Source of the DNA: Selaginella moellendorffii | Lineage: Eukaryota > Plantae > Lycopodiophyta | Assembly: GCF_000143415.4 (NCBI RefSeq) | Contig: NW_003314298.1 | Coordinates: 1,085,250 to 1,149,249 of the forward strand | Length of the DNA stretch: 64,000 nt | Reading direction: 5' to 3' | In this document: positions 13,320 through 26,900 of the stretch, one piece after another | Numbering within the stretch: position 1 is the first letter of the stretch | Layout of the letters: each line of letters begins with the position of its first letter | Translations under genes and position numbers: made by a program | The notes under the pieces: model-generated | Told to the model about the DNA's origin: nothing | Databases searched by the model: none | Seen by the model: the letters and a program-made list of their open reading frames with translations, nothing else

Positions 13320-13931
13320 TCATCTCTCCCTCGGTCTCATACACACCATGTCGTCGATGAGCGCCTTGAGCTCATGGAGCGAATGCACCTTGAAATCGGG
13401 TCGCTGGTGAAGAGGGAGCTCGTCAATCCTGTAGCGAAACAGTGGATCGACCAAGCAAGTCATCGCCCCCGCGCTCTTCCCACACGCAACATCGTCCTTC
13501 GCGGAATCTCCCACCATCAAAACTTCGCCAGGCTTGACGCCCCACGTTTCGCACACGCGCAGCAGCGGCTGAGGGGACGGCTTCATCGCCGAGGCCTCAT
13601 TCCCAAGTATCGGCGAGAATCTGGAACCGACGGCCAGCTCCCCCGCCTCGAAATTCTCCGCGTCTCTTCTGCTGCTCCGGGTGATCATCCCGCGCCGGAG
13701 CTTCTTGGAGTCGATAAAGCTGCATACCTCTGCCGCCCCAGGGAGTGCCCATTTGTTGGACCTCCCAGCCCTTTCTACCGCCTGCAATGCCAGCTCCGCT
13801 TCCTTTGGGGATGAGTAGACACGGCTCGCGACCGTGGCTTTCAGCGCCCGCAGGTCGAGCGTGGGCGGGATCCGTAGCGTCCCATCCAAATCAACCACGA
13901 CACCGCGAAGCACCGCCTTTACCAAACCCAT
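13320..13931 (-). CDS. HAD-superfamily hydrolase (At2g33255-like), intronless
   Basis: Motif I VDLDGTL, motif II ITRS, motif III KPSPQP, motif IV MVGDSAKDDVACGKSAGA; C-terminal PDFKVHSLHEL. Confidence 0.85.
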   Translation of the reverse strand: MGLVKAVLRGVVVDLDGTLRIPPTLDLRALKATVASRVYSSPKEAELALQAVERAGRSNKWALPGAAEVCSFIDSKKLRRGMITRSSRRDAENFEAGELAVGSRFSPILGNEASAMKPSPQPLLRVCETWGVKPGEVLMVGDSAKDDVACGKSAGAMTCLVDPLFRYRIDELPLHQRPDFKVHSLHELKALIDDMVCMRPRER

Positions 13932-14099
13932 ATCTGTGAACCCTAAGTTTCAGGTTTATTCTCGAACATAATCTGGCATGTTGACCGTCCGATTTGCAGA
14001 TATGCGACTTTGGACGGTGCTGGTTAACTTCGATCCAAAAATGTCGACTACGTACTTACTAGTTAACTAAGTCTCCATGGATTTTCAGACTCTCGCAAG

Positions 14100-14890
14100 C
14101 TCCGACTCCGGCATAGCTGCACCAAAAAACTATTACTAGCAATACAGTCTTGATTGTATCTTTTTACCTGGCTTTTTTACCTGGCTTTTTCCTCGACTTC
14201 GACCTCGTCCTCAGTCAAAGTGGAAGAGCACAGTAGAGAATCCACTTTTGGAGCCTCTTCTAGTGCTCTTTCTTCACTCTCTTTGATACTCGTATTTGCG
14301 CGGCCCATGGTTATCCAGCTCAGATTTTATCTATCGTTTACCTGGCTCTGACTTCTCGGCCTCCATTTCCTCCCGAGTTTCCACGGACGTTTCTTCGACT
14401 TCGACCTCGTCCTCGGTGAAAGTGGAAGAGCACAGTAGAGAATCTGCCTTTGGTTCGTGGTCCTCCATAGCTGCACCAAAAAACCATGACTAACAACACA
14501 CTAATGATTTTATCTTTGTCCCTGGCTCGGACTCCATTTCCTCCCGAGTTTCCACGGACGTTTCTTCGACTTCGACCTTGTCCTCGGTGAAAGTGGAAGA
14601 GCACAGTAGAGAATCCGCCTTTGGATCGTGTTCCTCCATAGCTGCACCAAAAAGCCATGACTAAAACACACTCTTGATTTTATCTTTGTACCTGGCTCGG
14701 ACCCCATTTCCTCCCGAGTTTCCACGGCCGTTTCTTCGACTTCGACCTCGTCCTCTGTGGACAGTAGAGAATCCGCCTTTGGCAGCCTCTTCTAGTGCCC
14801 CATCTTCACTCTTTTTGTTACTCGTATTTGCACGCCTACGCGGCCCATGGTTATCCAGCTCGTGTTCCTCCGACTCCGCCATACCTGCAG
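14100..14890. repeat. Imperfect tandem repeat, ~171-bp unit
   Basis: ctccatagctgcaccaaaaa at 14463 and 14634; cttcgacctcgtcctcggtgaaagtggaagagcacagtagagaatcc recurs at ~14197, 14400, 14570 and (shortened) 14740. Confidence 0.9.
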
Positions 14891-15350
14891 CAAAAACATT
14901 ATTACAAACACAGACTTGATTTATTTTCTACCTGGTAACGCCCCGTGCTTCTCCAACTCTCTAACTTGTCCCACTCCCTCATAGCTGCACAAAAAACAAT
15001 GAGCAACACAAAAAGAGTTTGATTTTTATCTTCTACCTGCGTGGCATGATAGCGCCAGCACTCGCTCCGGAAATGGAGTGAAGAATACCTTCAAGTATTA
15101 TGTTGTAGAAGGGTGCCACGTCATTGCGAGCTGCAGAATCCAGTGCATCTGGAACAAGCCGACTGTACCGTGGTAGCATTGGTGGAGGGTAATTTCTTTT
15201 ATCTTGAAGAGAGCCATGCAGATTGCGGCAGAAGCTGCATCCAGCGTCCACACCGTTGCGGCAGAGGAGGGTTCGCTTGCATGGACAGTGCTTGTGGTGA
15301 CGATCCGGCTGCGAACACGCTGCAAAGACTAGGGAGTAGCTTTGAGACAT
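14100..15350 (-). CDS. Orphan multi-exon gene (Cys/His-rich first exon, then tandemly duplicated exons); 3' end degenerate
   Basis: Minus-strand GT-AG introns at 15036-14985, 14931-14885 and 14691-14642 join exons 15350-15037, 14984-14932, 14884-14692 and 14641-14522 in a continuous open frame. Confidence 0.5.
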
Positions 15351-15949
15351 GCATGGTGGAGGACTACACCCCGGAAAGTCCTTAAAGTAGTTTTGTGCTT
15401 GAAATTTCTGCTAAATTTTTCCCATCTAGAAAGATTAAGCAAATATTTCCAGTTGGGAACCACAATATGTTTGTAGGAGTGAACTGAATGTGTTGAGTTA
15501 ATCTCCAGAACATTTTGGATGTGCGGTTATGAGAACTATTGAGTCTTCACACTTCAAAAGGTGGTCTACCAAGAAAAAAGAACATCTTTTAATCTTTATT
15601 TATACAAATAACTGACATTACAATCATCATTCTAAGATCAATTGTGTGCTAGACAACCTATATATATATATACCTTTTTTGAAAGAAAAAAAAGAGGTGA
15701 AATCTCACTATGATAAGCTTCTCTTATATCTCCAAACCAGTCTTTGCTACTTTGAGAGCATCCTTCATGATAAATCATTAGCGTGTCAATCAAAAATAAT
15801 ATCATTCATGTTATATTGCACACACTTCATTGTTGAGGATACAAAATCAATCCATCAGTACCTAGACAGCTCCAAAAGCCTATGGTAAGTCATCATGAAA
15901 AGCTAATAATTAGGAAATAAATAATTAACATTTATTATACATATATATA

Positions 15950-16240
15950 GTGATTTCTTATAGCATACGTGGTTTTCACATAGGATAATCACAAAGCATA
16001 ATTTAAACTTTCCATGTACCATATGTCATATACCACATGCCATATATTATATGTTTAAGGACAGTGAAGCGGAACTTGAGTTTCAAGGCCTTGGGCCACT
16101 GAACAAAAGAATGAAGCCAAACTCCTAAGTATGGAGCCAAAATAAAAGTAAAGCACATATTGATGCTTGAACATATAACTTAAAAAGCGAAGGGACAAAA
16201 GCACAGAATTGTAGCACACCTTATCTCTCTCCCCTTAAGC
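15950..16240 (-). repeat. Dispersed repeat / putative LTR remnant preceded on the minus strand by a purine tract
   Basis: Homologous to 165-432. The minus strand reads ggggagagagataagg then TGT at ~16219, resembling a PPT followed by an LTR start. Confidence 0.45.
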
Positions 16241-17799
16241 TAATTGGAAAAAAGGCAATTGCTTGATGAGAGATCCCTTAGTGGCTATTTTATCCCTATT
16301 TATCCCCCAAGGTTCCAAGGATCCACGGTGACAGTATATCCAAATCTCATCCCATGATCACATGCGCTACAGGAATGACTTAGAGTAGTCCTAAAGCATT
16401 TAATATCCCAATGTTATGACCAATACAAAAAATGGAGCTAAAAAGAATTTAACGCTATTTCAATATACCAATGCAACCCCCCCTCCCCCCCCCCCACCCC
16501 TTCTCTTAGGAATGTATGCTTTTAGCTTTCATAGGGCTAACTCAAACTTTACTAATATGGAATAACACTAAATTGTGAATTTGGGCATTGTGTTTAGGAC
16601 AATTTCTATATTCTATAGATATAGCAAATTAGCAAATCTAGACACTTTCCATAAATAATAATTGAGACCGAACGGAACTAATATAAGATGCATGATAGCG
16701 AGGGTGTTTGGTAGACAAAATATGTTATCACCTGGCGAATATTGAAGGACTAAGCTCAATATCACAGAGGTTCCTAACATTAGCAAATGCAAGCCAATAT
16801 ATGAGTTTCTCATACCGAGCCAAGTATGCTCAGCAAGAAACACATAGGAATTCTTACCTTATGTTTATCTAGCGTAAGTACATATATGATGACTAATTTC
16901 TCAACTAGCTTAGGTAGAGATTAAAAAAAAACCAACAATATCGACATTCTATTATCATAGTAGTAAAGAAAAAATATCCGAAAGGACTAACCGATAAATA
17001 ACTTTCGATACCCGTAGTCACATTCATGATATTTCTTGAAAATTATATGAATACTTTAATGGATACATATTTTCCAGATAGATAAATATTCAGATGAAAG
17101 ATGAATATTTTCAACATAAAACTCCTTGTGGGAAAAATGTTCCACAATATATTGAGTGCAAAAGACATTTAGGATCTAGTCAAGGATAGTGATCTCAAGG
17201 ATTATCTAGGTGAAAAGGGTTCATTCCAACCTATATTATAGGAAGGAACAACAAATTTGCAAAAATAATTAAAATTAAAATTTACTATTGCTTTATCTAA
17301 ATGATAATATATTTCCCACTTACTTTTAGTTTCTCTTACCTCTTACAATATATTCTCCTTGTAAATGTTTGGCAAGTGATTCCATGGCCTCAAGGTGACT
17401 TTGGCATTAATGAAAAATGTCTATGCTAAAATTATCTATAACAAGGAGATTTACTTACAAAATTTTAAGGGTATGGACCATTGTTTCAAAAGGGATTTAT
17501 GGAGGTGGTTGATAAAGAGAATACACAAGACCAAAATGTCAATTTGGAGCTAAGAAAATTTTCTATTATATTTTTGGTCAACAACTAGCTAGTTATAGCA
17601 AAGTATCATATTATATAGAATTTGTAGAATAAAGATAGATACACTTAGTGTGAATTGCAAGGGGAGTTTCCAAAAATATAGTAAGGATAATGAGGCTAAG
17701 AACTCTAATAATGCCTCCAAATTGAGTTGAGGTTGGATTAGGAGTTAATAAACTTGAGTGGGAGTGAGCATGGGTTTGAAGAGTGTAAAAAAACTCTTA

Positions 17800-19450
17800 T
17801 AAAAAATGTGGTCAAGAGTAGTTCCCACTCCCAAAACAAAAACTAACTACAATGCTCTTAACTCAAGTGAAATAGTGTCCTATTTAAGTATTATATGCCC
17901 CATTGGTTTTCGCCCCTTCCTAAGGGTTTGGATTTGCCCTTTCGGATAAAAGTGGGCAGTTGAGGTACTTATATTAGGCCATTAGGGCATAATGTTTCCA
18001 ATGTCCTTGATAAAGAAGTGTTGCTCCTTATCAAAAGTGTTTGGTGATGAATAATAATAGAGGGAATAAATATGAAGATATCTGAAAGGGTATAACTACT
18101 AGTGTTAAAGGCCAATCACTAGTACTTTAACTATCATCAACAATGTTTCAACTTTCTCAAAGATTCTATTTATAATACATTACACACTATTGCTTTTAAG
18201 GTTTTTAAAAAGACAAATAACTTGCTCTAAGAATGGGTATAAAAGTTATATTTCTTGAAACATGGGTTCAAGAACTTTTCTTTAGTTTATTGTCTTTAGA
18301 GAAATATGAGAGATCTCTTGATGCTGTAATAATATATGCATCACTTAGCAATATTAAGATTCATAAATGTGATTGTAGGTGTTGAAAATTATTTGTTGGC
18401 AATTCCTTTTAGATATCTTCTTTTACTGCTATGACTGTAAGCAATCAATATAGGCATTGTGAGTGTACTTAAACTAGATGAAATTTCTACGTATTATTGA
18501 TAACTTACTATATTTACCAAAACATCTTCACTATCATGTCTTATGTGTTGTGTAAACTCTTGAATTTGGACTTTCACCCAACCCAGTGCTAATTAAACCC
18601 AACCCTAGATATTTAAGACCTTTAACCAATTGGAAAAAGGAGTGCATTTTTGTTCATAAACCCTTTCCCTTTATATTTGAACCATTTTATATCATCTTTC
18701 AAGTTGTTTTTTTTAATTGTTTATAATCCACTATACTTTCTAGTATGTTCATGCCTTCATTTGAGAGCTATAGCTTTCTTGAAAGCCTTACTTTGTGGAC
18801 ACCTTACCCCTCAAGTTGAGCCCAATTAAATTAAATTGGATTATTAGATGTCAATTTTAATATATGGTGTGATTCCCTTGGCCAACTAACAGAGTCAAAC
18901 TCAAGACCCCTCTAATACCAAATGTAAGTTTTTGAATTTAGACTTTCCTAAAGGTCACCCAACATAATATTATTCAAACCCAATGACATTTAATCCCAAG
19001 TATCTCAAAACCATTAATTAATTGATATATTTAAACCTTTATGGATCATCTCTCAAATCATTCTTTTTACTTTCTTATATATTAGTCCTATTTGGTGCTA
19101 TTGGCTATTTATGAAAGGCATCTAGATCTGTTAGTGATGTCTAGATTCATAATATAGTATCATTCTATATTTAGTAAGTTTTGTGATTATCCTATAGACT
19201 AAATGGTAGAACATACATTCAAGATAAGAACTATGATGTTATGGCCAAGTGATCCTAAGTGGGATCCTCTAAATGATCTTTCTAAAAATCCTAAGTAATA
19301 TAAGATATTTTGCACCATTTATCTCTTTGTGATAGAAGTTGTAATCAAAGTTCTAAATGTGGGTGAGATTTGAGTTTTAGACAAGATTCCTTTATTTTGA
19401 GCTTTAATAATTTGGATGTGTAATTTCAGGCTTCTTTAAAACATAATAAA
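17800..19450 (-). mobile_element. Highly decayed Ty3/Gypsy retrotransposon pol relic (RT followed by integrase)
   Basis: Manual minus-strand translation: SLTDLDAFHK*PIAP (~19138-19093; cf. LDLxxAFHQI), MSLGLNN (~18990-18970; cf. MPFGLxNA), TAHFYPKG (~17960-17937; cf. STAYHPQxxG) and AYNT (~17898-17887). RT-before-INT order, many stops, AT-rich. Confidence 0.5.
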
Positions 19451-21469
19451 GTGATGTTTAATATTTTTTCAAATCTTCTAAATCTCAAAATGACTAGTGG
19501 GGATAAAAATAATTCTTTTAGCAATTGGAACGAGGACGTCTACCTTAAGCCATTAAATTAAAACTTTCTTGAATATTATAAGCAAGTAATTTTTATGTTA
19601 TAGAGTATGAAGAGAAAGAGAAGTTAGAAGATAGTTTTATAGTAATAGTGAATTTATCTTGTTGAAGCTCAAGTTTTCATTTGAAATAAAATCAATGATA
19701 TAGCTTAATCCAAGCTAATCCAAAAAGAAAACATAAATCAATTTATCTATTGCCTTTTTAAGGTATTTCTCTTATCCTTGCATAAAGAAACTTTTTTATA
19801 GCTAGTAAAGTATAAAATTGAATAATGACAAAAATGAGATAATGCTCTTTGTAAGAAATGGTCTTTCTACTTTTTCATAGTTACTAGAGAAAGTATTTTA
19901 CATTCCTTCCAAATTTTATAACAATAAGTGGGCTCTAAAGATGAAAATTTAACATGGTGAGGAATATGCATCAAATAAACATAAGTAATTGAGATGAGGT
20001 TAATAAAATTTTCTTTAACTTTTTAGATGTCTGATGACAGTTTTTGATGTTGAATTGAGAATCACTTCTACATATATTATAGTCATATAAACCACTCTTA
20101 AGAGCAATGTCTTCATCTTTGCACTTGTATTCATGCTCATGTAGTAAATGTGGTTTTGGAAAATAAAAACATCCAATTTAATTAAGGGTTATTTAATTAA
20201 AAAATTAATATTCTCTTCCTCATTTTAGCTTTATTCTTTCTTTATGAATCTCTATATTCCAGATTAATACTCACTTTCAATCCACTCTCTTTTTCAAATT
20301 TAGATAATAATGGTGTTAATGCAAATTTCATCAATCTAAAGTTTGTACTTTCTCATAGTATTTTCCTTTAACTAAAACAACATCTAATTTATGCTAAATT
20401 GGTGGAAAATTAATAAATTTTCTATATAGATATAGCATTATTTAAAATTCATTGCAATATCATCTTTAATGTTGTCTTCATTTTAAAGACTTTCATCATT
20501 TTAGTCTTCCTTAGTTTAAGCTCATGAATCTAATAGTGGATTGAAAGTAATATGATGTTAATTGGATAATTCTCCCCTTCTTTAAGTCTTATTCTCCAAA
20601 TTGCTGATATTTTTTTTGTATGAGTTCTAACATGTTTGCCATTTGAATCCTAATTTCGTCTTTGCAATTGCTATTCATCTAACATCAATTATATCTATCA
20701 AGATCAAATGCACTCTTCCCTCCAAGTATACCTACTTTGAGGATACTTTCAAAAAAAGAAGAAATAATATCTTGCCATTGCATTGATTTTATAATTGTCT
20801 CATTAATCTTGTAGAAGGTTTTATCTACAATCTTTCATTAGCAAAGTTAGAGGCATTATGTAGATATCTTAAGGAGAGTTTTTTTAAAAGGTTTTATTTA
20901 GCATTCTTAACCTTTAATTGGTACATATATCTTTTTTCTGTCAAAGAAGGATGAGTCTTTTCATTTGGTGGTTCATTATAACAATATGAACAAAGTTATC
21001 ATTTTTAATTAATATTCACTTCCATTGATCTTTTAGATGTTAAAGTTGCTTTCAAAAACTCAATTCTTCATAAAAATTGACAATATATAGTGTTTATAAC
21101 TTTATCTACATTTGGAAAGATAATGAGTAGAAAACAACCTTTTGTACTCATTCTACTTCAAATAATAATAATGCCTTTTTCTTTGATTAATACCTTTATT
21201 GTTTTCTAATATATGATGAATAACATCTTTTTATAAATAGAAATCCCTAAGCCCCAAAGTGGAGCCAAAAGAATGCCATATGGCAGTGGTCGAATTAGAA
21301 GTCTAACGAGCTTAATACATTTGGACCAAAAGCTCTAACTCGGAAAGTCGAGAGCAAAAGTGGAATTCTTAAATAAGTGCTTAAGGAACAAGGACAAAAT
21401 GATCAATGAACAAGTGTCTAGAAAAGGAAATGTTGTGACACATGGAAGTGTTGGGACTGACTCTAAGAA

Positions 21470-21597
21470 GGAGTTTGAAATGGAGTCCAAAAACGAGTCT
21501 GAGATGGAGTTCAAGATGGAGTTCAAGACCCAGACCGAGATCAAAACCAAGATTGAATCCAAGTCCAAATCCAAATCTAAGACTAAATCCAAATACT
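21470..21597 (+). repeat. Degenerate 6/12-bp tandem repeat
   Basis: gatggagttcaagatggagttcaagacccagaccgagatcaaaaccaagattgaatccaagtccaaatccaaatctaagactaaatccaaa. Confidence 0.6.
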
Positions 21598-23980
21598 AAT
21601 ATAGATTGTGGGATGGAAGTCCAAAGCAATCATCCCCCAAAGAGGGGGGGGCGGGGGGGGGGTAGGGGTTGCAAGGGGTTCCAAAAATATAATAGGAAGA
21701 GTGTGAGGGTTGGACTTTAGTTGAATTAATTTGGCTAAGAAAGGCTAGTGTGACCCAAAAAAGTTATACCCACATAATAGGTGATGATATAACCATTGAG
21801 GAGTCCAAAGTTAAAAGGAATATGAATAGACAAATGAAGTAACTTGGTGAAATGTTCAAAAGCCAACTTTAGCTCCCTCAAGAGATTAAATGGTCAATAC
21901 TTTTAATTTAATTGTGGATAGCATTATTTATTTGGATACCTAGCGTGGGTTATTGAAACCTTTCTCTAACCACATGGATAAGCCACTTAAAGGCAAAAGG
22001 TGGGGAGAGTACCTATAATGCTCATGTTGGGTTGTAGTGTTTCGAAATATCATCCCAAAGTTTTAGACTATAAAAAAAAAAGGACTCTTATGTAGTGACC
22101 AAAGATATGGTCATGTAGCAAGGAAGTCTAAAATGTCAATGAGACTTAGTAGTCGGGTATTTGAGCTTTAACTTAGTGGCAGTGTTAGCAAGCACAACCA
22201 TAGACAGAAAAAGACTTAATAAGGACTAAAAAAGGGATATTGGGAAAAAGTGTTCCTTATGTTTTTAAATATTCTAAAGATGTTATCTTATCATAAGAGG
22301 GACCAAATATTATACATCACCCAATTGCATTCCACTCTTAAAAGTATACAACTACAAAAATTAATTAAAACATCTTCAACAAAGAACTACTTACAATTAT
22401 AAACTTTTTTTAAGTTTAGTGTTATTTTTTTGAAAATTCTCCCTATGTAACTACTATCTACAATGATCATAAAAACCTTTAGTTTTGGTTTTTTACACAT
22501 GTCCTCAATTGGTGTCAAGCTTAATGGTTATATCACTATCCCGTTTTAATTTATGATTATATTACACAATGCTCTTACTCGATCTCACACCCTCATTTAT
22601 TAATTTTACATTTGATCTTTAACATCAAACTCTCCTTATCAGTAATAAAAGGCTTTAGTTTATTTCTACCTTTTGGGATTAATATCTTTCCTTCATTCAA
22701 GGAAGCTATAAACTACTATATTTAGATTGATGGGTTATACTATTCAAAATTTTGAGCAATATCTTTAATGCTATATTTCCTATTAACAAAATGATTGAGT
22801 TGATTCACTTCTTTCTACTAAATTTGCTTATAATAATTTTTAGCATTCTTTAATGCTTCACTCTTCATTCTTTGTTAATTATAGCTTTCATTATCATTGA
22901 TTATTTTTATTTCCTCTAGCATTTGATCTTATAAATGATTTTATTACTGCTCTTGCTATTGCTTTAAATTCTTTTCATCACTATCACCTTTCTCATACCC
23001 AACCTTCTCATCACTATAGTATTAATTATTCTTGCCAACTTAATCCTTATCTTCAAAGTTGGATCAGATTATCAACATGTAATTGCCAACAATAACCTTT
23101 ACAGGAAGTGGTTGTGAAGTATAAGCGGGCTCACAAAACGTGTGATAAGTATTTTTAATTTTACCTTTAATGTAATGGCAAAATCTAGATTTTTGTACAA
23201 AATGTTTTTTAAACTAGCCTATCTCCATGCCAACCCTGGTTTCCATAAAAAATCAAAATGATGTTTTGGCAGCCAATCGAATGCTTTCCTTGCTATTGGA
23301 CAAGGCTAGGAAAGACATCGCTTCTCCATCGAAAGAAAGTAACCCACTGAGCAGACACCCTTGTACCTGTTCCCTAGTGACTTTCGGACTCTGACTCGCA
23401 TGAAACCAGCTGAAAGTTATTGGACCACCATCGGCTGTGCCACCATGTAGCTTCTCTACACCAGGCTTTATCCACGAGGTGTTGAGCGAATCTGCAAATC
23501 TCCCCTTGAATTTCATTGTGTTAAAGTGTCTACATTCCCCCTGCAATGCCGCTCTCACACAAACCAGGGGAGCACAACTATAGTGTACTCACGATAAATT
23601 CTTCATGTTTCTTAATTCTTTTGAACGCCATTACTAACAAAATGGCACAGGGTCCTGTAGTAGAACTGGAGCATGGTGATGTGTGATTCCCAGCTTCAGG
23701 AGACTTTTCTTTTGCAAAGTCACTGAATGTTTCATTTTTTTTTTTCCAGGTGTGACCCATCCCTCCCGCTAACCAGGAGGAACTAGAACGGTCCGAGCTC
23801 TCAGCTCTATAGATTTGCCATCCAGTACGGCTTGACACATTCAAGAACAAGTATAAAAAGCTAATATGCATCAGGTACAGCTGCTGCTGCTCAGCTGAGG
23901 GAAGCTCAAAAGGGTAGCAAACAAAATGTAGCAAAACAAAAATGACTTAAAATGTAGCAAACAAAAAAAAAAAATTTATT

Positions 23981-26900
23981 TTATGCTAGAGCAGCAACTT
24001 CGTGTTGAGAGGGCGACCATTTTTTCATGGCCAGCTTCCCGTCCTCACTCGTGATGAGCACCGTGTCCTCCTCCTTGAAGTCGCCCCTCAAAATCCCTTT
24101 GGCCAGCTCGTTGGTCACGTACTGCTGGATCACTCGCTTCACCGGCCTGGCGCCATAGTTTGGATCATATCCAAGCTTGGCAAACACCTGCACCGCATCG
24201 TCCGTGATCTTCAAAGAGATCTTGCGGTGTTGGAGTCTCTTCTCCACGTTTTGCAGCTAGAGAAAAAAGCGAAGATCATAAACTGCCTGATCACAAAAAC
24301 ACAACTTACCTGGAGCTTGACGATGTTTTGGATCTGATCCACGTCCAGGGGCTGGAACACGATGAACTCATCCACCCTGTTCATGAACTCTGGCCGGAAG
24401 GTGGAGCGAGCCACTTCCATCACCGTCTCCTTCATCGCCTGATATGCCGCCTTCTTGTTGCCCGACGATTTGAGAGCGTCGAGGATGTGCTGCGAGCCGA
24501 GGTTGGACGTCATGATCACCACCGTGTTGGTGAAGTTCACTGTCCGGCCCTGGGAGTCCGTCACGCGGCCATCGTCGAGTATCTGGAGGAAGATGTTGAA
24601 AACGTCCCCGTGAGCCTTTTCGATCTCGTCGAAGAGAACCACCGAGTAAGGCCGCCGGCGGACGCTCTCGGTCAGCTGCCCGCCTTCTTCGTATCCCACG
24701 TATCCCGGAGGTGCGCCAATGAGCCGGGACACGGCATGTTTCTCCATGTACTCGCTCATGTCGAATCTCAGCAGCGCTTTGTCCGTGTCGAACAGGTACT
24801 CGGCTAGAGCTTTGGCCAGCTCCGTTTTCCCAACTCCAGTCGGTCCCATAAACATGAAGCTGGCGATGGGACGGTTTGGATCCGAGAGTCCAGCCCTGGA
24901 ACGGCGTATAGCATCGGCCACGGCTTTCACTGCGGGGTCTTGGCCGATCAAGCGTTTGTGCAAGTGATCGTCGAGTTGGAGCAGCTTCTCCATCTCGGAC
25001 TGGAGCAGCCTCGAGACTGGAATTTTTGTCCACTTGCTGACTATCTCGGCGATATCGTCGGCAGTGATCTCCTCTCGCAGCATTGTTTTCTCGGACTTTC
25101 TGTACGTTGCAAGCTCGCCCTCGGTCTCTTTGAGTTGCTTTTGCAAGTTGATGAGGACGCCGTATTTGAGCTCGGCAGCTCTGTTAAGGTCGTAGTCTCT
25201 CTCGGCCTGTTGGATTTCGAGATTGACACGATCAATCTGCCAAGCACAAGCACAATTTTGATTCCTGTTTTACGGTCCAAAAAAATTGAGGAAAACATGT
25301 GTACCTCTTCTTTGCACGAGTTGATGCGTGTCATGATCGACTTTTCCATCTCCCATTGCTGCTGCAAAGCCTTTTGCTTCTCTTTGAGAGATGCTAGCTC
25401 TGCTTCTAGCTTCTGCAGCCTCTCGCGGGATGCTTTATCATTGTCGTGCTCAAGAGACAACCGCTCCATCTCCAGCTTGATGATAGCCCGATCAATCTCG
25501 TCTAGAGCAGTCGGTTTCGACGTCCTCTCCATCTTTAGCTTTGCGGCGGCCTCGTCAACAAGATCAATGGCTATGGTACAGGTAAAAAATAAGTAATCCA
25601 GGAGATGAGTTACGAAATTGATATACCTTTGTCGGGTAAGAAACGGTCGCTGATATAACGAGAGGAAAGCACAGCAGCCTCAACTAAAGCGTTGTCTGAG
25701 ATTTTTACTCCGTGGTGAAGCTCGTATTTCTCTCGCAAACCACGAAGAATGGATATCGTATCTTCCACGGCGGGCTCGGGGACATAAACTTGCTGGAATC
25801 GTCTTTCCAGAGCTGCATCCTTCTCAAGATACTTGCGATATTCCTTAATTGTCGTGGCACCAATGCACCTCAATTCACCACGGCCCAGCATTGGCTTTAG
25901 CAAGTTGCCAGCATCCATTGCTCCCGAGGTCGCACCTAAAAAAAAAACAGGAGTACCATGTTTGCAGTCGTAAATGCAAAATTGCAGACACAAATTACCT
26001 GCACCGACGACCATGTGGATTTCATCGATGAAAAGAACAATGTACCCCTCCGACTCCTTCACTTCTTTCAGAACAGCTTTCAATCGGTCTTCAAATTCTC
26101 CTTGAAACTTCGCTCCTGCGATCAACGCTCCTAAGTCCAGTGATATCAGCTGCATTTGAACAATGGTAAAATGAAATAATGGTTCCGCTAGCGGCATAAA
26201 CATACCTTCCGGTTGGCAAGGGCCTCGGGTACGTCTCCTTGAACTATACGCTGAGCAAGACTGGAAAGAATGGCAGGAAGTCAAAAAGAAGCAAACAAAC
26301 GACTTCCATACCCTTCTGCTATAGCAGTCTTGCCTACACCAGGCTCTCCAATCACCACAGGATTGTTCTTGGTTCGCCGGCACAATATTTGAATGCACCG
26401 TCGAATTTCGTCATCGCGACCAATAACCGGATCAAGCTTTCCCTGGCGGGCCATCTCCGTCAAATCCACTCCAAATTTCTCTAATGCCTCGTACTTGTTT
26501 TCAGGGGCTGGAACAGGAAACAAACAACGAGAGTGTTGAAACAATTTACAAAGAAAACAACGAACCTTGATCAGTAACCTTCTGTGACCCTCGGATGGCA
26601 TTGATCGCATCTTTAGTAGCCTTGGCATTGAGACCGAACTGCCCAAACAGCTCCTTCCCAATGCGAATGTCTTCCGCGAGTGCAAGAACTAAATGCTCGA
26701 TTGACGTGTAAGTATCTCCAAAATCGTCCATGTGAACCTTGGCTCGATCAAGCAAGGTTTCAAGACTCTGGCCGACCATAGCACCGGATATGTTTCCTGT
26801 CACCTACATCCGAAGGAAATAAGAATGTCTGCATGTAGAGAAGGAAAAAATTCGTCCGAGGTAAATACCTTGGGCTGCCGGTCGATGTATCGCTCAGTAG

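Noticed and set aside
14100-14890. CRISPR-like or satellite array
   Set aside because: Eukaryotic context, no unique spacers, and the unit is explained by exon+intron duplication.
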